From assembly GCA_947481355.1 (NCBI GenBank), contig CANKGM010000001.1, forward strand, positions 1 to 34,459: a stretch of DNA of 34,459 nt, read 5' to 3'. A program made the translations under genes and the position numbers. Each line of letters starts with the position of its first letter. Position 1 is the stretch's first letter. Under the pieces are notes generated by a model, which was not told the DNA's origin, did not search any database, and worked only from the letters and a program-made list of their open reading frames with translations. This document shows, piece by piece, positions 17,947 through 27,410 of this stretch. Origin of the DNA: Chitinophagaceae bacterium. Lineage in GTDB: Bacteria > Bacteroidota > Bacteroidia > Chitinophagales > Chitinophagaceae.

Positions 17947-18711
17947 ATGCATTACGAACTACTTTTCGGAATCCGTTATGCAATGACCAACTATAAAGAG
18001 GCATGCACGCTAATTATTGAAAAAGCATTATCAAATGAGAATCCAAAACATTTTGCTGTTTCACCACTTGCAGTGCATGGCTTAATAGAGGGGTATAAGA
18101 ACAAAGCACTTAAGTCACAAATCAATTCAATTGACCTAGTTGTTCCGGATGGACAACCCATAAAATGGGCCTTAAATTATTTTCATAATGCCAAATTAAA
18201 AGACAGGGTTTATGGCCCCACTCTAATGCTCCATGTATTAGAGGCATCACAAGGAAATAGTGTAAAAATATTTTTATATGGCAGCACTGATAATACCTTA
18301 ATCAAGTTAAAGAGCTTTATACATAAAAACTATCCTACAGCAAATATTGTAGGCATTCAATCTGATCGTTTCAGAGAGTCAACTCAAGAGGAAATAGAAC
18401 TTGATAGAAAAACAATTATCAGTTCAGGAGCAAACATTGTGTTCGTCGGCAGAGGATGTCCTCGGCAAGAAAGATGGGTAGCCGACAATAAGGATTACAT
18501 TCCTGCAGTACTCATAGCAGTCGGTGCCGCTTTTGATTTTCATGCTGGTAATGTATCACAAGCACCTTCATGGATGCAGAAAAATGGACTAGAATGGCTG
18601 TATCGATTTACCAAAGAGCCTAAACGTTTATGGAAAAGGTATCTACTGACCAATAGTATGTTTATCATGCTCTTCCTGTTTCATGCATGCAAAAAGGGCT
18701 TAAGCCGATAA
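17947..18711 (+). CDS. WecB/TagA/CpsF family glycosyltransferase (GT26)
   Basis: DLVVPDGQP, RVYGPTL, FVGRGCPRQE, VGAAFDFHAG...APSWMQKNGLEWLYR...EPKRLWKRY. Confidence 0.95.
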   Translation: MHYELLFGIRYAMTNYKEACTLIIEKALSNENPKHFAVSPLAVHGLIEGYKNKALKSQINSIDLVVPDGQPIKWALNYFHNAKLKDRVYGPTLMLHVLEASQGNSVKIFLYGSTDNTLIKLKSFIHKNYPTANIVGIQSDRFRESTQEEIELDRKTIISSGANIVFVGRGCPRQERWVADNKDYIPAVLIAVGAAFDFHAGNVSQAPSWMQKNGLEWLYRFTKEPKRLWKRYLLTNSMFIMLFLFHACKKGLSR

Positions 18712-18746
18712 TCAGCTAATCGGCATTATCAATTATCTTTACCACA

Positions 18747-20132
18747 GTGAACTTCCTAATTCCCTTTTTAAGCATTTTTCCCCTGGTATATTTTGCCAGC
18801 TTTTTCTATTCAGTCAAAGAAACGCTATCAAAGCAACATGACGGGATATTAATCTTTTTCATATTTGGACTTCCAATTTATATTACAACTCTTTCTATAC
18901 TTAACCTATATGGATTAGGAGACTTTATACCACTTGTTCAGTACACAAAAGAGATAATTGTTTTAATCACACTTGGACTATTAATATATGAATTGGAAGA
19001 ATATCCAAGTTTAACCAACTTAGATAAAATTATTCTAGTCTATTTTTTCTACAACCTAATCTATATATTTCTGCCCATTGGAGGATATAGTATATTTGAG
19101 AAAGCCATTGCATTCAAGAATATCGCGTTCTTCCCTTTTATATATTTTATAGGACGATTAATAAAACCTGAAACAATATGGGTATCAAAATATAAAATTC
19201 TTATTTGTATTCTTGCCATAGCAAGTGGTTCTGTTTTACTTTTAGAAATAGCTACATACACCCATTTACAATCAATCACTGGATACTCAGATTATAACTT
19301 TACTTTTTTAGGGATTGAGCCGACAGGGCATGATGGACTAACGTGGACGTTTGAAATCGAAGGAGGCATTAAGAGATTTGCTAGTTTCTTTGCAAACCCA
19401 CTTGAACATGCTGCAGCAACTTTATTGACTATTGCTGTACTGATAGCGCTTATGTCAAAACAAGATAGTGCAAATAGAAACATAATATTACTTACTATAT
19501 TGGCGGCACTACTGTCGGTAGTATTTGCACTTTCTAGGGCATCTTTAGCAGGCTTTTTATTGGTTATATATATTTTTGCTATTGTAACAAAAAAGAAAAA
19601 AATTTTATTGGCATTTCACATTGCAATGGCTGTAATTCTTATTGTTATTTTATACTTTTTAACAGACCATACCCTATCGGAATTTATCATTAATACGTTT
19701 AACTTTTCAAATTCATCAAGCCTTTCACATCTAGTGGAATGGGTTGATGGGATAGAATCAATTACTGCACATCCATTAGGCATTGGCCTAGGTGAATCGG
19801 GAAGGATTGCAGGAGAATTGGGTCTAAATACAGGAGGAGAAAATCAATTGATCATACTTGGCGTACAAACAGGAATAATATCTATTTCACTATACATATC
19901 CATGCTGATAATAAGCATACACTGGTCTATAAAACTATTTACGAAATCATCAGGAAAATCGAAACAGCTTGGCATTTTGCTTTTTGTATTTAAAGTGGGT
20001 ATGATCATACCGATGTTAACAGCATCAATTGAATCGTATCTTTACATAAGCTATTTGGGGTGGTTTCTAACTGGCCTACTTTCAAGTATATATCAACAAT
20101 TGATCATTAAAAAAGAATATGGCGTTTTTTAA
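18747..20132 (+). CDS. O-antigen ligase/Wzy_C family multi-pass membrane protein
   Basis: About 11-12 TM segments; RFASFFANP, SRAS and HPLGIGLG motifs; GTG start. Confidence 0.75.
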   Translation: MNFLIPFLSIFPLVYFASFFYSVKETLSKQHDGILIFFIFGLPIYITTLSILNLYGLGDFIPLVQYTKEIIVLITLGLLIYELEEYPSLTNLDKIILVYFFYNLIYIFLPIGGYSIFEKAIAFKNIAFFPFIYFIGRLIKPETIWVSKYKILICILAIASGSVLLLEIATYTHLQSITGYSDYNFTFLGIEPTGHDGLTWTFEIEGGIKRFASFFANPLEHAAATLLTIAVLIALMSKQDSANRNIILLTILAALLSVVFALSRASLAGFLLVIYIFAIVTKKKKILLAFHIAMAVILIVILYFLTDHTLSEFIINTFNFSNSSSLSHLVEWVDGIESITAHPLGIGLGESGRIAGELGLNTGGENQLIILGVQTGIISISLYISMLIISIHWSIKLFTKSSGKSKQLGILLFVFKVGMIIPMLTASIESYLYISYLGWFLTGLLSSIYQQLIIKKEYGVF

Positions 20133-20892
20133 CAATACCATTGAGTTAATCCGGAAGCAACGCTTCAGCCCAAATTGGTTTTTTGGGGTGATTTTGAATG
20201 ACTTTTACTTACCAAGAAGAAAATTATATTCTTTCATCAAAAGTGAATCTAATGATATCCAGGGAAAGATTTTAGATATAGGTTGTGGCGAAAAACCTTA
20301 TGCCCATTTATTTTCCTGCACTGAGTATATTGGTATAGATATAGAAACAACAGAAAAATATCATGAAAAGCATAAAACAGATCTATTTTACAATGGAGTA
20401 GATCTTCCCTTTGAAAACAATAGCTTCGATTCAATAGTTTGCTTTGAAGTTCTTGAGCATGTTTTTGAACCTGAAAAAATGATTCATGAAATGTTTCGCG
20501 TATTAAAGCCAGGAGGTTCCATTCTCCTCACAACACCATTCATATGGAACGAACATGAAATACCATATGATTATGGCAGATATTCATATTTCGGATTAAA
20601 AGACCTCTTCACGAAAAATGGATTCATCATTAGTAAACAAAAACGAATACTCTCCGGTTTTGCACTAATCATAACACTAACATCACTTTATGTGAGAGAT
20701 GGACAAGAAAAACTGAAAGAATTATTCCCTAAAAGCAAACTAGGAAAAGTTGGAAGAGGATTGATCTATTTGATCTTCAGGCCTATTTTTATGGCTTTTA
20801 ATATTGCTGCAGTAGTTGCGCAGCTACTTCCAAAGAGTGAGCGATTTTATTTTAACAACGGACTATTGGCGAAGAAAAAGATCGATTCATAG
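20119..20892 (+). CDS. Class I SAM-dependent methyltransferase (type 11)
   Basis: ILDIGCGEKPY, YIGID, LPFENNSFD..VCFEVLEHV, RVLKPGG, PYDYGRY. Confidence 0.92.
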   Translation: MAFFNNTIELIRKQRFSPNWFFGVILNDFYLPRRKLYSFIKSESNDIQGKILDIGCGEKPYAHLFSCTEYIGIDIETTEKYHEKHKTDLFYNGVDLPFENNSFDSIVCFEVLEHVFEPEKMIHEMFRVLKPGGSILLTTPFIWNEHEIPYDYGRYSYFGLKDLFTKNGFIISKQKRILSGFALIITLTSLYVRDGQEKLKELFPKSKLGKVGRGLIYLIFRPIFMAFNIAAVVAQLLPKSERFYFNNGLLAKKKIDS

Positions 20893-21814
20893 AATCATAT
20901 GAATTGTTAATTCCATCTAAAATGGACCTTAACACAGCACGTAGTTTTTTGGGCCTTCTTAAGAGTAAGAATCTCAACATCAACAATGAGTAATATACAA
21001 TCTGAAATAATACTACTGTTGGAAATAAATACCACGTTGAAAATTCCCTCAGTAGAAAAATGCGATTTCGAGAATGCAAGTAAACAACGAATGGATGTGT
21101 ACGACCTTCTTGAGTTTCCTTATTGGAGTTGACACTATACCCTGCAATATGATATATTATAGATGAGGGTACATAGGCAATTTCGTAACCCTTTTCTCTA
21201 AGTCGAAAAGAAAATTCAACATCCTCATAATATGTCTCGTACGTTTCATTAAGCAATCCTAAGCCATACTCTGTAAACAGTTTATTATTTATGAACATAC
21301 AACATCCCGTAGCCCAAGGCATAGTAGTAATAGAATCATATTTATCACTATTCTTCTTACCATAGCCTTTTGTACTAGTAAGTCCAATCCACTTATTAAA
21401 TCTATTCCCAGCATTCCAAATCAAATTTTTGTCATGCTGAAATAAAATTTTGGGTTGAGCAAGTCCAACTGCAGGATTCATCTCGATATAATCATAGAGA
21501 TGATTCAAAAATTCTGGTTCAACAGTTGTATCATTATTTAATAATAAAGAATAATCGAATCTTGATTCAATTGCGTACCTAATTCCTACGTTACACCCTG
21601 CTGCAAAACCGAGATTCTCTTCAGACCTAAAAACAATAACATCCCTATACTTATTTTTAATGCGTTCGGCAATGGGAATAGTAGACCCATTATCAACTAC
21701 GATTAATTCAATAGTAAACTTATCAGAAGGCTTTACTGCATTCAAGGATTGCAAACAAGGCAATGTGACTTCAATACCGTTCCAGTCAACTAATATGACG
21801 GCGATTCTTTTCAT
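20852..21814 (-). CDS. Glycosyltransferase family 2
   Basis: VVDNGS, NLGFAAGCNVG, LLNNDT, GCCM and YEDVEFSFR motifs. Confidence 0.93.
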   Translation of the reverse strand: MKRIAVILVDWNGIEVTLPCLQSLNAVKPSDKFTIELIVVDNGSTIPIAERIKNKYRDVIVFRSEENLGFAAGCNVGIRYAIESRFDYSLLLNNDTTVEPEFLNHLYDYIEMNPAVGLAQPKILFQHDKNLIWNAGNRFNKWIGLTSTKGYGKKNSDKYDSITTMPWATGCCMFINNKLFTEYGLGLLNETYETYYEDVEFSFRLREKGYEIAYVPSSIIYHIAGYSVNSNKETQEGRTHPFVVYLHSRNRIFLLREFSTWYLFPTVVLFQIVYYSLLMLRFLLLRRPKKLRAVLRSILDGINNSYDSMNRSFSSPIVRC

Positions 21815-23012
21815 AAAAGACCAAACAAATCGACTCTATGAGTAATAAGTAGATGAATGCAAAATTTAGTGGCAGTAATATTAAGCAGACCAAAGTGAGT
21901 ACTATAGAAATGATAAAAATGCTAATACTAAGCCTAAGCTGAATTGAAAATGTCTTGTCCATTAATATCTCCATAACATTAAGCGCGTTTAAGCCTATTA
22001 TCAATGGAACAATAGAAATCCATTTGATAAATGTTATTACCAACTCCTGGTCTGAGGAATTTGAAAGCCAAAATGCAATTAATGGAGCAAAAAGAAAAAT
22101 AAGAATCCCTAATCCGAGTAACATAAAAAACAGGACCCTATTCACTTGCTTTCTGAAGCCTAGCCATTCCTCATAACTACGATGGTGAATTTCAATGGCA
22201 ACAGGATAGATCGAATTTGAAAACGCAACCAGAAGCATTCGTGCTCCCCAAATAATTTTGTCTGCAATAGCATAAGCACCCAGTACAACAGGATTTCCCA
22301 TAAAACCAAGACCATATAAATACACTGATTGTTGAAGGTGAACTGCCAAATTAGAAACTGTCAACGGGAAGTTTTTTCTAAGTGCAAAGGCAGTGCCGCG
22401 AAATGAAAAAACACCTTTTGTTATTCGCTTTGTATTAAAAAGGTATAGCCACAACAAACCAAAGCCTAACAATTGTGAAAACCCAACCAATAAATTCACC
22501 AATGGTGCATGTGAAGGGCTTAAAATAAAATGAAAGACTAAAAAGAATGTTAGTATTCTTGAAAATAAATTAGCTAGATTAAAGTACTTAAGCTGCTCTA
22601 AGCCTAAAAAAAAAATATAAGGGTTAATCACTTCTGAAAAAACCAAGGAACAAATACCCAATAAAAAAACTGAAAAAGGTAAATGAAGTAAATAAGTCGC
22701 TATTGCAACCACTAAGTACAAAACAAAAAACATAAAACGGATCCCAAAAAGGGGTGCCAAGCTTTTCTCAGTAGCTACAATATCGCCAATAGAAAGCTTT
22801 ACATCAATTGGGCCAGTTTGATTGCTCGCATAATTAAGGAGAATAGAGATAAATCCCGAGAGGGATAATGAAATCAATACATAACCATTAGCTTCTAGTC
22901 CAACTCGTTTCAAAACCAACGGAATTAGAATTAACTGCAATAAAACATTAGTTGCTTGAACTGAACCCAGATGGAATAAGTTACTAATGCTGCGTTTAAC
23001 GAGGTGGGCCAA
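21786..23012 (-). CDS. wzx: Oligosaccharide flippase (Wzx family)
   Basis: About 12 TMs, N-terminal N...L.LIP...R.G.E..G pattern, P..FFLGLEQ and GAYAIADK; TTG start. Confidence 0.8.
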   Translation of the reverse strand: MAHLVKRSISNLFHLGSVQATNVLLQLILIPLVLKRVGLEANGYVLISLSLSGFISILLNYASNQTGPIDVKLSIGDIVATEKSLAPLFGIRFMFFVLYLVVAIATYLLHLPFSVFLLGICSLVFSEVINPYIFFLGLEQLKYFNLANLFSRILTFFLVFHFILSPSHAPLVNLLVGFSQLLGFGLLWLYLFNTKRITKGVFSFRGTAFALRKNFPLTVSNLAVHLQQSVYLYGLGFMGNPVVLGAYAIADKIIWGARMLLVAFSNSIYPVAIEIHHRSYEEWLGFRKQVNRVLFFMLLGLGILIFLFAPLIAFWLSNSSDQELVITFIKWISIVPLIIGLNALNVMEILMDKTFSIQLRLSISIFIISIVLTLVCLILLPLNFAFIYLLLIESICLVFYEKNRRHIS

Positions 23013-23022
23013 TACTGTTTTA

Positions 23023-24114
23023 TTATTTTAAACTAGTTGACTGGAGCTGGGTTAAAACCATCTCCTCAAGAATATCTTCTATATTATATCGATATGACCA
23101 ATTTGGAAAATCAGTTTTGAATTTATTTACATCGGATACATACCATATATGATCGCCTTTACGGTGATTCAACTCATCAATAGTATAATCCATCCGTTTT
23201 CCCAGTCTATTTTCCAACCAATTGATTGCTTCAATCATAGAAATATTGGAATGCCTAGAACCACCCATATTATATACAGATCCTTTTTGAGGTGGGGATT
23301 GGGACACCTCCCAAAATGCAGAAATTAAATCTGCGCTGTGAATATTATCCCTCACCTGCTTGCCTTTATAACCAAATATAGTATAGGGCCTATCAGATGT
23401 AGCACACTTTACCAAGTATGCAAGAAAACCATGAAGCTCAGCGCCACTATGCGAAGGACCAGTAAGACAACCTCCCCTAAACACGATAGTATTTAATCCG
23501 AAGTATCTTCCATATTCTTGAACCATTAAGTCTGCAGCAGTCTTGCTCACTCCGAAAATACTATGTGTGCAATTTTCAATTGACATTGACTCATCAATTC
23601 CATGAAGATAAAACGGATGAGAATCTGCAATTTCCCAACGGGTTGGTAATTCAACTAAAGGCAACCCATTTGGATTATCACCGTAGACCTTATTGGTTGA
23701 TGTAAAAATGAATATGGCATTAGGCACATTCTTTCTTGTACATTCTAACAATTTTAACGTAGCAGATGCATTCACTTCAAAATCCGTAAGCGGTTCTCTT
23801 GCAGCCCAATCATGCGAGGGCTGTGCCGCACAATGAATAATTAATTCAATAGCCGAAGCATTTTGTTTAAAAATAGGCTCGATTAACTCTAGGCTTGTTA
23901 TATCTACATCATAATGCTCGTATTCACTTAATGTTTGCTTCAATTGCTCAACCTGCCATTTAGTACTAGCTGATTGTCCAAAAAAATAGGAACGCTTATC
24001 ATTATCAATTCCAATAACTCTATATCCTTTTTGATGATAAAAACGACAAGCTTCTCCACCAACTAAACCACCAGAACCAGTTATAATTACAGTCTTTTTA
24101 GCTAAACTCTTCAT
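23023..24114 (-). CDS. NAD-dependent epimerase, CDP-paratose 2-epimerase (RfbE/Tyv)-like extended SDR
   Basis: [57 protein letters not shown]. Confidence 0.85.
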   Translation of the reverse strand: MKSLAKKTVIITGSGGLVGGEACRFYHQKGYRVIGIDNDKRSYFFGQSASTKWQVEQLKQTLSEYEHYDVDITSLELIEPIFKQNASAIELIIHCAAQPSHDWAAREPLTDFEVNASATLKLLECTRKNVPNAIFIFTSTNKVYGDNPNGLPLVELPTRWEIADSHPFYLHGIDESMSIENCTHSIFGVSKTAADLMVQEYGRYFGLNTIVFRGGCLTGPSHSGAELHGFLAYLVKCATSDRPYTIFGYKGKQVRDNIHSADLISAFWEVSQSPPQKGSVYNMGGSRHSNISMIEAINWLENRLGKRMDYTIDELNHRKGDHIWYVSDVNKFKTDFPNWSYRYNIEDILEEMVLTQLQSTSLK

Positions 24115-24115
24115 C

Positions 24116-25756
24116 TTAATTGTTGCGTTTACTCTTTTTTATTTTCTGTACAACTTTGCTCCAATCATAAATAAAGCCTATCCTTCTATGAACATTCATA
24201 AAATCCCAACCATCAGAAAAATAATTTTCTGGAGTAACCGGCTGAGGAATCAATGATTTCCAATTATAGTTTATAGATCTAATGAATGAAATCTGTCCGA
24301 AAAAGAACCATTGCTTATACTGAAAACTCCAAACGAGAGAAGAAGATAAATCCACCCACTGCCTATTAAAATCTTTAGATCCTGAATTTACATTATAGTT
24401 ATAATAGAAGTCAGCATTATGAACTAATCGTTCAACTTCTATTCCAACTTTAGTTGTCCCTTTTATCCATGAAAATTCTAATCGCTGTGAATTACTTCCT
24501 GGACCAATTGGTGAGCCCAACACCTGGCCATTATTTGTGAAACCATGCCTTACTGAGTTATCGGTATACCAACTTTTGGCCTGTTGAATCAATGAAAGAT
24601 TAGGTACTTGTAATTGGGTAACTTCTATGCCTAATTGAAGAAAAGAAGGATTTTTTTTGTTCTGATTACCTAACTTAAATAATTTTCGTGCACCAGCTAG
24701 ATATCCTCTAGGTATTGTATCTTCTAACAAATTCCATGCTGTTGCCATCTTATCGGAACGTCCATATTGAAAATACATTTCTGCGTTGTCCTCTGGCAAT
24801 ACATATCTAGCGAACACAGAGCCCATGGTGGCAGATGGTGTTCCCGATTTTTTATAGCAAATAGATGCTAGATCAGTTCCAATGAACAAACCATTTAACC
24901 ACTTAGGGTGCCACGTGATGATACCTCCAGTAAAGATTCGTTGATGAAGAGTATCTTTTGGTCGATATATAAACCTACCGTTAAACGTTCGATTTGTCTC
25001 ATCAGGAAGAATACCAGAATTCTTTAATTTACCACCCCATATAAATTGCCATTCAAATGATCCCACAGGCGTTTTGATTGGCTTGGTGCTGTTGAACGTA
25101 TAATGCAAAAAGCCAGGAGCATTGTTGCTCATGATCAATGAATTGAATCGACCAGGACCCCACCACAAATTTTCTGTTGATATCCCCAAGGCCATATTTT
25201 TATATTCATAGTGCACTCTAGATTGTCCTGCAAACAACCTTCGAAGAGGTTCCTGTGTAAACCGTTCTGGCTGATCTATCTTATTAAGCCAGTTATAATA
25301 ATAATTCCAAATGATATTATAATGGTCACTTGGAAAAGTAGGGAAAGAAGGGTTAAACGCCCAAACATATTCCGGACGAAGTCTTAGCATGATATTTCTA
25401 TACCGAGCCTCTGCACCAATTGCATAAAGTCCTTGCCAACCACGAGTAGGATACATAGACCCGTCAGCGTAGCGCAGTGGAACTTTGGTATTGAATTGTT
25501 CGATGTGCTCCACTTGGAGCAGATTGATAAACAATTTCCGACTAGAGCCCGTAAAATGCTCAAGCTGAATAGGTCTGACCATAAAAGAGAAATTCGACAA
25601 GTCACCTTTCACTGAATCTGACATCAATTGCTTGCGACGGAATATTTCTTCAAGTGAACTATTCGAAACAGGAAGTGTAGTTTGTCCAAACAGTTTATCT
25701 CCCAAAAAAACAAACGTCAAAAAACAAACGATTATATAAACTCTATTCCCAAACAT
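24116..25756 (-). CDS. Capsule assembly Wzi family protein (copy 2)
   Basis: [46 protein letters not shown]. Start re-called at ATG 25756 (signal peptide ending LFG-Q). Confidence 0.8.
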   Translation of the reverse strand: MFGNRVYIIVCFLTFVFLGDKLFGQTTLPVSNSSLEEIFRRKQLMSDSVKGDLSNFSFMVRPIQLEHFTGSSRKLFINLLQVEHIEQFNTKVPLRYADGSMYPTRGWQGLYAIGAEARYRNIMLRLRPEYVWAFNPSFPTFPSDHYNIIWNYYYNWLNKIDQPERFTQEPLRRLFAGQSRVHYEYKNMALGISTENLWWGPGRFNSLIMSNNAPGFLHYTFNSTKPIKTPVGSFEWQFIWGGKLKNSGILPDETNRTFNGRFIYRPKDTLHQRIFTGGIITWHPKWLNGLFIGTDLASICYKKSGTPSATMGSVFARYVLPEDNAEMYFQYGRSDKMATAWNLLEDTIPRGYLAGARKLFKLGNQNKKNPSFLQLGIEVTQLQVPNLSLIQQAKSWYTDNSVRHGFTNNGQVLGSPIGPGSNSQRLEFSWIKGTTKVGIEVERLVHNADFYYNYNVNSGSKDFNRQWVDLSSSLVWSFQYKQWFFFGQISFIRSINYNWKSLIPQPVTPENYFSDGWDFMNVHRRIGFIYDWSKVVQKIKKSKRNN

Positions 25757-25800
25757 AAATTTACAACTAGGCAACAAAAGACATTCTCTATACTAATATG

Positions 25801-27405
25801 TTAAAAAAAATAATACCGAGCAGAAATCATTCCAATAAAATTGAAACGATTAAAATCTTGTTTCCAACCGTAATTTTTAGAATCAACACCACTCAATCGC
25901 CAACTCAATATAAAATCGTCAAACTTATACTGGCCAATGATCCCATACGAAAGTTCATCCCATCTTACTTTATGCGTATTTGGAGCGCGTTGAACTCGTT
26001 CAAGGAGAATTCCGATTTTTTTGTACCCTTTGTTCAATGCTGTAGAAAATACTTGGGAGTTAGATCCAAAACCAGCGCCGGCTCCAAGAATTTGATTAGA
26101 ATTTGTATATCCTGTTCCTTGGTAATGCTCATACCAACTTCCAGCCCAACGTACCAAATAATCAGGTGTTTGCTCCATATGTGTCACTTCACCTGAAAAA
26201 CTTAACCATACCGACTTTCTTAGTTCAACACGCTTCTGGGCACCAACAATAAATGAAGCAGAATGAGACGGATTCATAATAAAATCCCTTTCATTGTATG
26301 AATGATCATTCCAACCATAATCGAGATAAAACTCAGCATGTGATTTTGGCATAACGGCCCGAAGAAAAATATCTGCCAACTGATTCCAACTTTTTGAATC
26401 ATCATTAACCAATTTCGACTTAAACAATTTGCCGAAAACAGGTAAGTATTTTGAGGCAAAGTTTTGATCGGTGGCATTATTAAAAACCGATTTACTCAAA
26501 CCAGAAAATTGTCGACTAAATCCTACAGAAACGCCTTTCAAGAAAGCAGGCTGATAGGTAAAAATCATTGCATTGATATATTTCCAGTCACCTTGAAACC
26601 TGCTATTACTTCCATATTCTTTTCGGTATGATCTTAAACCTCTTATTTCAAGAGGCATGTCAATGTTTTTCTCATCTTCCAATCGCCCTCCAATAACTTG
26701 CCACTCGAAAAGACCAACAGGTGTTTTCAAGGGCTTTCTAGAATTAAAGGTCATATGTAAAAAACCGGGAGCATTATTACTCATCATTAAGCTTGAATAT
26801 TTACCGGGGCCCCACCACAAATTTTCATTTGATATGCCTATTGAAATAGGCCCTCCATTAAGTCGAACACTACTCTGTCCAATTAAATACTTTTTATACG
26901 TACCTGTTGGTAGCGAACCATAACTTTGAGTCAGATCGTACTTCCCGTTTTCGGCATAGATATATCCGGGGTTCAACTGAATAGCAAGCGGCCCTATTTC
27001 ACTATACACTCCTGCGCTAGCAATGCTTTGAAATCCTTTAGCTGGAATCATAGCCGCATCATTCCAACCATATGGATGATGCGAATTATATTTAGAAAGA
27101 ATTTCTACAGGAAGGATATTAAATCGGCCAACATTCCACAAAAAATGGATGGTTTTACTTCTCAATGGAGTGTCCCCCTTAGAAGACATCAAATGATATA
27201 ATGAATCAACCGTGTTTTTCTTAGTGAAAAGAATTGGACGAATAGTGAGAGAAGAATTTGATAAATAATTACCCTCCAATTGAAGGTCTCTTATCGTCTC
27301 ATCAAAAGAGATAGGATTAACAGGAATAGATTGAGACCTAGTTAAACAAGGAATAAACACCAATGCCCAAAAAAGAAGTAAATATTTAACTAGGTGTGAA
27401 ATCAA
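25801..27405 (-). CDS. Capsule assembly Wzi family protein (copy 3)
   Basis: [45 protein letters not shown]; aromatic C-terminal beta-signal ISARYYFF; TTG start. Confidence 0.82.
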   Translation of the reverse strand: MISHLVKYLLLFWALVFIPCLTRSQSIPVNPISFDETIRDLQLEGNYLSNSSLTIRPILFTKKNTVDSLYHLMSSKGDTPLRSKTIHFLWNVGRFNILPVEILSKYNSHHPYGWNDAAMIPAKGFQSIASAGVYSEIGPLAIQLNPGYIYAENGKYDLTQSYGSLPTGTYKKYLIGQSSVRLNGGPISIGISNENLWWGPGKYSSLMMSNNAPGFLHMTFNSRKPLKTPVGLFEWQVIGGRLEDEKNIDMPLEIRGLRSYRKEYGSNSRFQGDWKYINAMIFTYQPAFLKGVSVGFSRQFSGLSKSVFNNATDQNFASKYLPVFGKLFKSKLVNDDSKSWNQLADIFLRAVMPKSHAEFYLDYGWNDHSYNERDFIMNPSHSASFIVGAQKRVELRKSVWLSFSGEVTHMEQTPDYLVRWAGSWYEHYQGTGYTNSNQILGAGAGFGSNSQVFSTALNKGYKKIGILLERVQRAPNTHKVRWDELSYGIIGQYKFDDFILSWRLSGVDSKNYGWKQDFNRFNFIGMISARYYFF

Positions 27406-27410
27406 AAAAA

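Noticed and set aside
16753-20900. Recombinase-driven invertible segment or promoter (Bacteroides-style phase variation)
   Set aside because: No matching inverted repeats at the two block ends, no recombinase in the window, and the 9-bp IR encloses only 21 bp.
22606-22615. A10 homopolymer inside wzx as a phase-variation tract
   Set aside because: The frame is intact, it encodes a Phe/Leu-rich stretch, and A7-A10 runs are expected in this AT-rich DNA; read-level length variation would be needed.
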